Shown here piece after piece: positions 25,801 through 37,990 of a stretch of DNA of 64,000 nucleotides (its first letter is position 1; each line of letters starts with the position of its first letter). The translations under genes and the position numbers were made by a program. The stretch comes from Lingula anatina (Eukaryota > Animalia > Brachiopoda). Under the pieces are notes generated by a model. That model had not been told where the DNA came from and ran no database searches. It saw only the letters and a program-made list of their open reading frames with translations. The DNA lies in contig JBPQGU010000016.1 in the NCBI GenBank assembly GCA_051362555.1, positions 1,054,001-1,118,000 on the forward strand, in the 5' to 3' direction.

Positions 25801-28800
25801 CTTTGGTGCGACACTGTGGATGCGTGCGACGTTGTACATGTGCGCACGCATGTATATACGTCGCTCATCCTTCTTTGTTACGTTATTATGATACATACGT
25901 TACCGTGAAGCGTGTAAATATACATTTATTCTATTTACATTGGTTGTCTTTTGTTTTGTGGGCACAAAACACTTCTGCCTTAAAGTGTTGGCCCACAAAA
26001 CGAAAGACAAACCACTGTAAATAAAATAAATAAATATTTACACGGATCACGGTAACGTATATATCGGTAACGTATGTATCATTTTAACGTAACAAAGAAG
26101 AATGAGCGACGTATAAACATGCGTGCGCACATATACAACGTCACGCGCACACACAGAGTCTTGACAAAGGACAACAAACAATGAAATCAAAAAATCATGA
26201 ACTTTTAAAACGGTCATGAAAAACCTTGGTCGAGGACTGGGGTTGCCCGGGTTGAAATAGGGCACCCGGATTATCGATTGAAATAGCAAATATATACACA
26301 TGTACATCCAAACTGGCCCTCTCCCTGACAAGCTAGAAAATTTCCATTTGATCCATCACTCAGCAACGAAGCTTCTGTGGCTCCGTGGTAACTCCGTTGC
26401 CTTGTGCGTGAGTGTATCCTTGTCCGCTGGTTCGAGACCCAGCAAAATGACTCTGATATTTTTTTCCTAAAAGTAATCTGTAAAATTTGCTTTTGATTAC
26501 TATAAGAGGAAACTCGTACCTACGGAGGGTGGGCGGGTCAGTCACGGCGCAGTCGGTAGCGTGCTTGGATGCAAAAAAACAATACAAAGCGTCACCAACC
26601 ATGGTAACGAGAAGTCACGAGTTCGAATCCCGGATGAGGCACGTCAGTCCATCACGACAACGACCTTGCCCCCTGTTCGGGCAGTAACCAGAACGAATGC
26701 GGGCTCTCGTGGGTCCTAGCAATTTACCTTTTGCACAATAAAACGATATACTTGAGAATAAGTGATGGATTTAAAAAGAACATAGTAGCATAAAGTCTGC
26801 GTCGTCAATAATATGACATGGGAATGGTCATTGATCTCTATCTTTTTCCAGCTACGTCACCGATCAAACTTGCATTGAGCTATTGCTAACCGCGTATAGA
26901 GCCTCGCCTGTCATACTGCAATTTCAGCAAAATGGGCTCTTTTCTCGGTGGGATTTTCAGAGGAAAAAAGTTTTATTTTTTACAAAAGTCGCCCCGCCGC
27001 TATTGCTTTTACCAGTTGTAAACTACGTTTGTCTTCTTATGCAACCCCTTCCTATCTTGGGTCCATGCTTCTCGAGACGGTTCATATGTTCATTCAGTAC
27101 CCGAGGCAACTCCACAGTCAACAATGAAAGAGTAAAATCTACTCAAAACTGAAACCGCCAAGGTGTGAACAGCTGTGGATCTCATCGCGCTCTTTAACGT
27201 CAAAGGTGAAACCACACGTTATCTCATTGCAAAATAAAATGAAACTAAAAACATCTGAACTCATCTTACTAGGAACATTTCCAGCGGATAAGCAATGAAA
27301 CCGATCGACCTTGTATTGATTCAGTAGCTTCAGGTATAACAGCACGTCATACCACCAACCGATCGACCTTGAATTGATTCAGTAGCTTCAGGTATAACAA
27401 ACAACACGTCATACCACCTGTTAACCGCGTTCACCCGAAAAAAAATTTCTTCTGGGCAGAATTATTTGCCAAATATGTTTTACTCGAAATTCGCATCGAC
27501 GCAATTGCTTGAATGGAAAAACACACCAGTTTTCTGCACATTTGAACGTTTTAATTACAATATACGCTTATTATCCGTTTTGTGAGCAAACGCATTTTTC
27601 TTACGGTATAGAACATAACAATAAAATGAAAAAGCAGGGCAAGTAAAGATTACTTGTCTTGAAAAAGTTTGTTGTAATTGTTTATATAATGGATAGGTCT
27701 ACGTTATCAATAAATACGTTACCAAAAAACGTGAAGGTATTGTTTTCTGTTTTCATTCTTTGTTGTCCTTTGGTGCGACACTGTGGATGCGTGCGACGTT
27801 GTACATGTGCGCACGCATGTATATACGTCGCTCATCCTTCTTTGTTACGTTATTATGATACATACGTTACCGTGAAGCGTGTAAATATACATTTATTCTA
27901 TTTACATTGGTTGTCTTTTGTTTTGTGGGCACAAAACACTTCTGCCTTAAAGTGTTGGCCCACAAAACGAAAGACAAACCACTGTAAATAAAATAAATAA
28001 ATATTTACACGGATCACGGTAACGTATATATCGGTAACGTATGTATCATTTTAACGTAACAAAGAAGAATGAGCGACGTATAAACATGCGCGCGCACATA
28101 TACAACGTCACGCGCACACACAGAGTCTTGACAAAGGACAACAAACAATGAAATCAAAAAATCATGAACTTTTAAAACGGTCATGAAAAACCTTGGTCGA
28201 GGACTGGGGTTGCCCGGGTTGAAATAGGGCACCCGGATTATCGATTGAAATAGCAAATATATACACATGTACATCCAAACTGGCCCTCTCCCTGACAAGC
28301 TAGAAAATTTCCATTTGATCCATCACTCAGCAACGAAGCTTCTGTGGCTCCGTGGTAACTCCGTTGCCTTGTGCGTGAGTGTATCCTTGTCCGCTGGTTC
28401 GAGACCCAGCAAAATGACTCTGATATTTTTTTCCTAAAAGTAATCTGTAAAATTTGCTTTTGATTACTATAAGAGGAAACTCGTACCTACGGAGGGTGGG
28501 CGGGTCAGTCACGGCGCAGTCGGTAGCGTGCTTGGATGCAAAAAAACAATACAAAGCGTCACCAACCATGGTAACGAGAAGTCACGAGTTCGAATCCCGG
28601 ATGAGGCACGTCAGTCCATCACGACAACGACCTTGCCCCCTGTTCGGGCAGTAACCAGAACGAATGCGGGCTCTCGTGGGTCCTAGCAATTTACCTTTTG
28701 CACAATAAAACGATATACTTGAGAATAAGTGATGGATTTAAAAAGAACATAGTAGCATAAAGTCTGCGTCGTCAATAATATGACATGGGAATGGTCATTG

Positions 28801-31800
28801 ATCTCTATCTTTTTCCAGCTACGTCACCGATCAAACTTGCATTGAGCTATTGCTAACCGCGTATAGAGCCTCGCCTGTCATACTGCAATTTCAGCAAAAT
28901 GGGCTCTTTTCTCGGTGGGATTTTCAGAGGAAAAAAGTTTTATTTTTTACAAAAGTCGCCCCGCCGCTATTGCTTTTACCAGTTGTAAACTACGTTTGTC
29001 TTCTTATGCAACCCCTTCCTATCTTGGGTCCATGCTTCTCGAGACGGTTCATATGTTCATTCAGTACCCGAGGCAACTCCACAGTCAACAATGAAAGAGT
29101 AAAATCTACTCAAAACTGAAACCGCCAAGGTGTGAACAGCTGTGGATCTCATCGCGCTCTTTAACGTCAAAGGTGAAACCACACGTTATCTCATTGCAAA
29201 ATAAAATGAAACTAAAAACATCTGAACTCATCTTACTAGGAACATTTCCAGCGGATAAGCAATGAAACCGATCGACCTTGTATTGATTCAGTAGCTTCAG
29301 GTATAACAGCACGTCATACCACCAACCGATCGACCTTGAATTGATTCAGTAGCTTCAGGTATAACAAACAACACGTCATACCACCTGTTAACCGCGTTCA
29401 CCCGAAAAAAAATTTCTTCTGGGCAGAATTATTTGCCAAATATGTTTTACTCGAAATTCGCATCGACGCAATTGCTTGAATGGAAAAACACACCAGTTTT
29501 CTGCACATTTGAACGTTTTAATTACAATATACGCTTATTATCCGTTTTGTGAGCAAACGCATTTTTCTTACGGTATAGAACATAACAATAAAATGAAAAA
29601 GCAGGGCAAGTAAAGATTACTTGTCTTGAAAAAGTTTGTTGTAATTGTTTATATAATGGATAGGTCTACGTTATCAATAAATACGTTACCAAAAAACGTG
29701 AAGGTATTGTTTTCTGTTTTCATTCTTTGTTGTCCTTTGGTGCGACACTGTGGATGCGTGCGACGTTGTACATGTGCGCACGCATGTATATACGTCGCTC
29801 ATCCTTCTTTGTTACGTTATTATGATACATACGTTACCGTGAAGCGTGTAAATATACATTTATTCTATTTACATTGGTTGTCTTTTGTTTTGTGGGCACA
29901 AAACACTTCTGCCTTAAAGTGTTGGCCCACAAAACGAAAGACAAACCACTGTAAATAAAATAAATAAATATTTACACGGATCACGGTAACGTATATATCG
30001 GTAACGTATGTATCATTTTAACGTAACAAAGAAGAATGAGCGACGTATAAACATGCGCGCGCACATATACAACGTCACGCGCACACACAGAGTCTTGACA
30101 AAGGACAACAAACAATGAAATCAAAAAATCATGAACTTTTAAAACGGTCATGAAAAACCTTGGTCGAGGACTGGGGTTGCCCGGGTTGAAATAGGGCACC
30201 CGGATTATCGATTGAAATAGCAAATATATACACATGTACATCCAAACTGGCCCTCTCCCTGACAAGCTAGAAAATTTCCATTTGATCCATCACTCAGCAA
30301 CGAAGCTTCTGTGGCTCCGTGGTAACTCCGTTGCCTTGTGCGTGAGTGTATCCTTGTCCGCTGGTTCGAGACCCAGCAAAATGACTCTGATATTTTTTTC
30401 CTAAAAGTAATCTGTAAAATTTGCTTTTGATTACTATAAGAGGAAACTCGTACCTACGGAGGGTGGGCGGGTCAGTCACGGCGCAGTCGGTAGCGTGCTT
30501 GGATGCAAAAAACAATACAAAGCGTCACCAACCATGGTAACGAGAAGTCACGAGTTCGAATCCCGGATGAGGCACGTCAGTCCATCACGACAACGACCTT
30601 GCCCCCTGTTCGGGCAGTAACCAGAACGAATGCGGGCTCTCGTGGGTCCTAGCAATTTACCTTTTGCACAATAAAACGATATACTTGAGAATAAGTGATG
30701 GATTTAAAAAGAACATAGTAGCATAAAGTCTGCGTCGTCAATAATATGACATGGGAATGGTCATTGATCTCTATCTTTTTCCAGCTACGTCACCGATCAA
30801 ACTTGCATTGAGCTATTGCTAACCGCGTATAGAGCCTCGCCTGTCATACTGCAATTTCAGCAAAATGGGCTCTTTTCTCGGTGGGATTTTCAGAGGAAAA
30901 AAGTTTTATTTTTTACAAAAGTCGCCCCGCCGCTATTGCTTTTACCAGTTGTAAACTACGTTTGTCTTCTTATGCACCCCCTTCCTATCTTGGGTCCATG
31001 CTTCTCGAGACGGTTCATATGTTCATTCAGTACCCGAGGCAACTCCACAGTCAACAATGAAAGAGTAAAATCTACTCAAAACTGAAACCGCCAAGGTGTG
31101 AACAGCTGTGGATCTCATCGCGCTCTTTAACGTCAAAGGTGAAACCACACGTTATCTCATTGCAAAATAAAATGAAACTAAAAACATCTGAACTCATCTT
31201 ACTAGGAACATTTCCAGCGGATAAGCAATGAAACCGATCGACCTTGTATTGATTCAGTAGCTTCAGGTATAACAGCACGTCATACCACCAACCGATCGAC
31301 CTTGAATTGATTCAGTAGCTTCAGGTATAACAAACAACACGTCATACCACCTGTTAACCGCGTTCACCCGAAAAAAAATTTCTTCTGGGCAGAATTATTT
31401 GCCAAATATGTTTTACTCGAAATTCGCATCGACGCAATTGCTTGAATGGAAAACACACCAGTTTTCTGCACATTTGAACGTTTTAATTACAATATACGCT
31501 TATTATCCGTTTTGTGAGCAAACGCATTTTTCTTACGGTATAGAACATAACAATAAAATGAAAAAGCAGGGCAAGTAAAGATTACTTGTCCTGAAAAAGT
31601 TTGTTGTAATTGTTTATATAATGGATAGGTCTACGTTATCAATAAATACGTTACCAAAAAACGTGAAGGTATTGTTTTCTGTTTTCATTCTTTGTTGTCC
31701 TTTGGTGCGACACTGTGGATGCGTGCGACGTTGTACATGTGCGCACGCATGTATATACGTCGCTCATCCTTCTTTGTTACGTTATTATGATACATACGTT

Positions 31801-34800
31801 ACCGTGAAGCGTGTAAATATACATTTATTCTATTTACATTGGTTGTCTTTTGTTTTGTGGGCACAAAACACTTCTGCCTTAAAGTGTTGGCCCACAAAAC
31901 GAAAGACAAACCACTGTAAATAAAATAAATAAATATTTACACGGATCACGGTAACGTATATATCGGTAACGTATGTATCATTTTAACGTAACAAAGAAGA
32001 ATGAGCGACGTATAAACATGCGCGCGCACATATACAACGTCACGCGCACACACAGAGTCTTGACAAAGGACAACAAACAATGAAATCAAAAAATCATGAA
32101 CTTTTAAAACGGTCATGAAAAACCTTGGTCGAGGACTGGGGTTGCCCGGGTTGAAATAGGGCACCCGGATTATCGATTGAAATAGCAAATATATACACAT
32201 GTACATCCAAACTGGCCCTCTCCCTGACAAGCTAGAAAATTTCCATTTGATCCATCACTCAGCAACGAAGCTTCTGTGGCTCCGTGGTAACTCCGTTGCC
32301 TTGTGCGTGAGTGTATCCTTGTCCGCTGGTTCGAGACCCAGCAAAATGACTCTGATATTTTTTTCCTAAAAGTAATCTGTAAAATTTGCTTTTGATTACT
32401 ATAAGAGGAAACTCGTACCTACGGAGGGTGGGCGGGTCAGTCACGGCGCAGTCGGTAGCGTGCTTGGATGCAAAAAACAATACAAAGCGTCACCAACCAT
32501 GGTAACGAGAAGTCACGAGTTCGAATCCCGGATGAGGCACGTCAGTCCATCACGACAACGACCTTGCCCCCTGTTCGGGCAGTAACCAGAACGAATGCGG
32601 GCTCTCGTGGGTCCTAGCAATTTACCTTTTGCACAATAAAACGATATACTTGAGAATAAGTGATGGATTTAAAAAGAACATAGTAGCATAAAGTCTGCGT
32701 CGTCAATAATATGACATGGGAATGGTCATTGATCTCTATCTTTTTCCAGCTACGTCACCGATCAAACTTGCATTGAGCTATTGCTAACCGCGTATAGAGC
32801 CTCGCCTGTCATACTGCAATTTCAGCAAAATGGGCTCTTTTCTCGGTGGGATTTTCAGAGGAAAAAAGTTTTATTTTTTACAAAAGTCGCCCCGCCGCTA
32901 TTGCTTTTACCAGTTGTAAACTACGTTTGTCTTCTTATGCACCCCCTTCCTATCTTGGGTCCATGCTTCTCGAGACGGTTCATATGTTCATTCAGTACCC
33001 GAGGCAACTCCACAGTCAACAATGAAAGAGTAAAATCTACTCAAAACTGAAACCGCCAAGGTGTGAACAGCTGTGGATCTCATCGCGCTCTTTAACGTCA
33101 AAGGTGAAACCACACGTTATCTCATTGCAAAATAAAATGAAACTAAAAACATCTGAACTCATCTTACTAGGAACATTTCCAGCGGATAAGCAATGAAACC
33201 GATCGACCTTGTATTGATTCAGTAGCTTCAGGTATAACAGCACGTCATACCACCAACCGATCGACCTTGAATTGATTCAGTAGCTTCAGGTATAACAAAC
33301 AACACGTCATACCACCTGTTAACCGCGTTCACCCGAAAAAAAATTTCTTCTGGGCAGAATTATTTGCCAAATATGTTTTACTCGAAATTCGCATCGACGC
33401 AATTGCTTGAATGGAAAACACACCAGTTTTCTGCACATTTGAACGTTTTAATTACAATATACGCTTATTATCCGTTTTGTGAGCAAACGCATTTTTCTTA
33501 CGGTATAGAACATAACAATAAAATGAAAAAGCAGGGCAAGTAAAGATTACTTGTCCTGAAAAAGTTTGTTGTAATTGTTTATATAATGGATAGGTCTACG
33601 TTATCAATAAATACGTTACCAAAAAACGTGAAGGTATTGTTTTCTGTTTTCATTCTTTGTTGTCCTTTGGTGCGACACTGTGGATGCGTGCGACGTTGTA
33701 CATGTGCGCACGCATGTATATACGTCGCTCATCCTTCTTTGTTACGTTATTATGATACATACGTTACCGTGAAGCGTGTAAATATACATTTATTCTATTT
33801 ACATTGGTTGTCTTTTGTTTTGTGGGCACAAAACACTTCTGCCTTAAAGTGTTGGCCCACAAAACGAAAGACAAACCACTGTAAATAAAATAAATAAATA
33901 TTTACACGGATCACGGTAACGTATATATCGGTAACGTATGTATCATTTTAACGTAACAAAGAAGAATGAGCGACGTATAAACATGCGCGCGCACATATAC
34001 AACGTCACGCGCACACACAGAGTCTTGACAAAGGACAACAAACAATGAAATCAAAAAATCATGAACTTTTAAAACGGTCATGAAAAACCTTGGTCGAGGA
34101 CTGGGGTTGCCCGGGTTGAAATAGGGCACCCGGATTATCGATTGAAATAGCAAATATATACACATGTACATCCAAACTGGCCCTCTCCCTGACAAGCTAG
34201 AAAATTTCCATTTGATCCATCACTCAGCAACGAAGCTTCTGTGGCTCCGTGGTAACTCCGTTGCCTTGTGCGTGAGTGTATCCTTGTCCGCTGGTTCGAG
34301 ACCCAGCAAAATGACTCTGATATTTTTTTCCTAAAAGTAATCTGTAAAATTTGCTTTTGATTACTATAAGAGGAAACTCGTACCTACGGAGGGTGGGCGG
34401 GTCAGTCACGGCGCAGTCGGTAGCGTGCTTGGATGCAAAAAAACAATACAAAGCGTCACCAACCATGGTAACGAGAAGTCACGAGTTCGAATCCCGGATG
34501 AGGCACGTCAGTCCATCACGACAACGACCTTGCCCCCTGTTCGGGCAGTAACCAGAACGAATGCGGGCTCTCGTGGGTCCTAGCAATTTACCTTTTGCAC
34601 AATAAAACGATATACTTGAGAATAAGTGATGGATTTAAAAAGAACATAGTAGCATAAAGTCTGCGTCGTCAATAATATGACATGGGAATGGTCATTGATC
34701 TCTATCTTTTTCCAGCTACGTCACCGATCAAACTTGCATTGAGCTATTGCTAACCGCGTATAGAGCCTCGCCTGTCATACTGCAATTTCAGCAAAATGGG

Positions 34801-36197
34801 CTCTTTTCTCGGTGGGATTTTCAGAGGAAAAAAGTTTTATTTTTTACAAAAGTCGCCCCGCCGCTATTGCTTTTACCAGTTGTAAACTACGTTTGTCTTC
34901 TTATGCAACCCCTTCCTATCTTGGGTCCATGCTTCTCGAGACGGTTCATATGTTCATTCAGTACCCGAGGCAACTCCACAGTCAACAATGAAAGAGTAAA
35001 ATCTACTCAAAACTGAAACCGCCAAGGTGTGAACAGCTGTGGATCTCATCGCGCTCTTTAACGTCAAAGGTGAAACCACACGTTATCTCATTGCAAAATA
35101 AAATGAAACTAAAAACATCTGAACTCATCTTACTAGGAACATTTCCAGCGGATAAGCAATGAAACCGATCGACCTTGTATTGATTCAGTAGCTTCAGGTA
35201 TAACAGCACGTCATACCACCAACCGATCGACCTTGAATTGATTCAGTAGCTTCAGGTATAACAAACAACACGTCATACCACCTGTTAACCGCGTTCACCC
35301 GAAAAAAAATTTCTTCTGGGCAGAATTATTTGCCAAATATGTTTTACTCGAAATTCACATCGACGCAATTGCTTGAATGGAAAACACACCAGTTTTCTGC
35401 ACATTTGAACGTTTTAATTACAATATACGCTTATTATCCGTTTTGTGAGCAAACGCATTTTTCTTACGGTATAGAACATAACAATAAAATGAAAAAGCAG
35501 GGCAAGTAAAGATTACTTGTCTTGAAAAAGTTTGTTGTAATTGTTTATATAATGGATAGGTCTACGTTATCAATAAATACGTTACCAAAAAACGTGAAGG
35601 TATTGTTTTCTGTTTTCATTCTTTGTTGTCCTTTGGTGCGACACTGTGGATGCGTGCGACGTTGTACATGTGCGCACGCATGTATATTCGTCGCTCATCC
35701 TTCTTTGTTACGTTATTATGATACATACGTTACCGTGAAGCGTGTAAATATACATTTATTCTATTTACATTGGTTGTCTTTTGTTTTGTGGGCACAAAAC
35801 ACTTCTGCCTTAAAGTGTTGGCCCACAAAACGAAAGACAAACCACTGTAAATAAAATAAATAAATATTTACACGGATCACGGTAACGTATATATCGGTAA
35901 CGTATGTATCATTTTAACGTAACAAAGAAGAATGAGCGACGTATAAACATGCGCGCGCACATATACAACGTCACGCGCACACACAGAGTCTTGACAAAGG
36001 ACAACAAACAATGAAATCAAAAAATCATGAACTTTTAAAACGGTCATGAAAAACCTTGGTCGAGGACTGGGGTTGCCCGGGTTGAAATAGGGCACCCGGA
36101 TTATCGATTGAAATAGCAAATATATACACATGTACATCCAAACTGGCCCTCTCCCTGACAAGCTAGAAAATTTCCATTTGATCCATCACTCAGCAAC

Positions 36198-36295
36198 GAA
36201 GCTTCTGTGGCTCCGTGGTAACTCCGTTGCCTTGTGCGTGAGTGTACCCTTGTCCGCTGGTTCGAGACCCAGCAAAATGACTCTGATATTTTTTT
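36198..36295 (+). ncRNA. Last copy of vault-RNA-like Pol III gene A
   Basis: Same A-box, B-box and T7 as 801-898, with one T>C change in the central region shared with the copy at 22435. Confidence 0.45.
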
Positions 36296-36355
36296 CCTAA
36301 AAGTAATCTGTAAAATTTGCTTTTCATTACTATAAGAGGAAACTCGTACCTACGG

Positions 36356-36562
36356 AGGGTGGGCGGGTCAGTCACGGCGCAGTCGGTAGCGTGCTTGGAT
36401 GCAAAAAAACAATACAAAGCGTCACCAACCATGGTAACGAGAAGTCACGAGTTCGAATCCCGGATGAGGCACGTCAGTCCATCACGACAACGACCTTGCC
36501 CCCTGTTCGGGCAGTAACCAGAACGAATGCGGGCTCTCGTGGGTCCTAGCAATTTACCTTTT
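36356..36562 (+). ncRNA. Last copy of tRNA-derived Pol III unit B
   Basis: Same A-box, B-box and TTTT as 959-1165. Confidence 0.45.
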
Positions 36563-37990
36563 GCACAATAAAACGATATACTTGAGAATAAGTGATGGAT
36601 TTAAAAAGAACATAGTAGCATAAAGTCTGCGGCGTCAATAATATGACATGGGAATGGTCATTGATCTCTATCTTTTTCCAGCTACGTCACCGATCAAACT
36701 TGCATTGAGCTATTGCTAACCGCGTATAGAGCCTCGCCTGTCATACTGCAATTTCAGCAAAATGGGCTCTTTTCTCGGTGGGATTTTCAGAGGAAAAAAG
36801 TTTTATTTTTTACAAAAGTCGCCCCGCCGCTATTGCTTTTACCAGTTGTAAACTACGTTTGTCTTCTTATGCAACCCCTTCCTATCTTGGGTCCATGCTT
36901 CTCGAGACGGTTCATATGTTCATTCAGTACCCGAGGCAACTCCACAGTCAACAATGAAAGAGTAAAATCTACTCAAAACTGAAACCGCCAAGGTGTGAAC
37001 AGCTGTGGATCTCATCGCGCTCTTTAACGTCAAAGGTGAAACCACACGTTATCTCGTTGCAAAATAAAATGAAACTAAAAACATCTGAACTCATCTTACT
37101 AGGAACATTTCCAGCGGATAAGCAATGAAACCGATCGACCTTGTATTGATTCAGTAGCTTCAGGTATAACAGCACGTCATACCACCAACCGATCGACCTT
37201 GAATTGATTCAGTAGCTTCAGGTATAACAAACAACACGTCATACCACCTGTTAACCGCGTTCACCCGAAAAAAAATTTCTTCTGGGCAGAATTATTTGCC
37301 AAATATGTTTTACTCGAAATTCGCATCGACGCAATTGCTTGAATGGAAAACACACCAGTTTTCTGCACATTTGAACGTTTTAATTACAATATACGCTTAT
37401 TATCCGTTTTGTGAGCAAACGCATTTTTCTTACGGTATAGAACATAACAATAAAATGAAAAAGCAGGGCAAGTAAAGATTACTTGTCTTGAAAAAGTTTG
37501 TTGTAATTGTTTATATAATGGATAGGTCTACGTTATCAATAAATACGTTACCAAAAAACGTGAAGGTATTGTTTTCTGTTTTCATTCTTTGTTGTCCTTT
37601 GGTGCGACACTGTGGATGCGTGCGACGTTGTACATGTGCGCACGCATGTATATACGTCGCTCATCCTTCTTTGTTACGTTATTATGATACATACGTTACC
37701 ATGAAGCGTGTAAATATACATTTATTCTATTTACATTGGTTGTCTTTTGTTTTGTGGGCACAAAACACTTCTGCCTTAAAGTGTTGGCCCACAAAACGAA
37801 AGACAAACCACTGTAAATAAAATAAATAAATATTTACACGGATCACGGTAACGTATATATCGGTAACGTATGTATCATTTTAACGTAACAAAGAAGAATG
37901 AGCGACGTATAAACATGCGTGCGCACATATACAACGTCACGCGCACACACAGAGTCTTGACAAAGGACAACAAACAATGAAATCAAAAAT

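Larger units (their letters stand above)
1..37990. repeat. Tandem array (macrosatellite / ncRNA gene array), unit 1965-1967 bp, 19 full copies plus a partial copy, open at the left edge
   Basis: The same sequence recurs with unit starts at 1, 1968, 3935, 5901, 7868, 9835, 11802, 13769, 15736, 17703, 19669, 21635, 23601, 25568, 27535, 29502, 31467, 33432, 35398 and 37364. The ORF track repeats with the same period. Copies differ by only a few SNPs or 1-bp indels. Identity stops at ~37990. Confidence 0.99.

Noticed and set aside
125-37820. Six short ORFs repeated in every array unit
   Set aside because: They show no recognisable domains, mostly have non-ATG starts, and overlap palindromes and Pol III genes. 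Starts and frames are disrupted in some units (19823, 30294). They recur only because the DNA is repeated.
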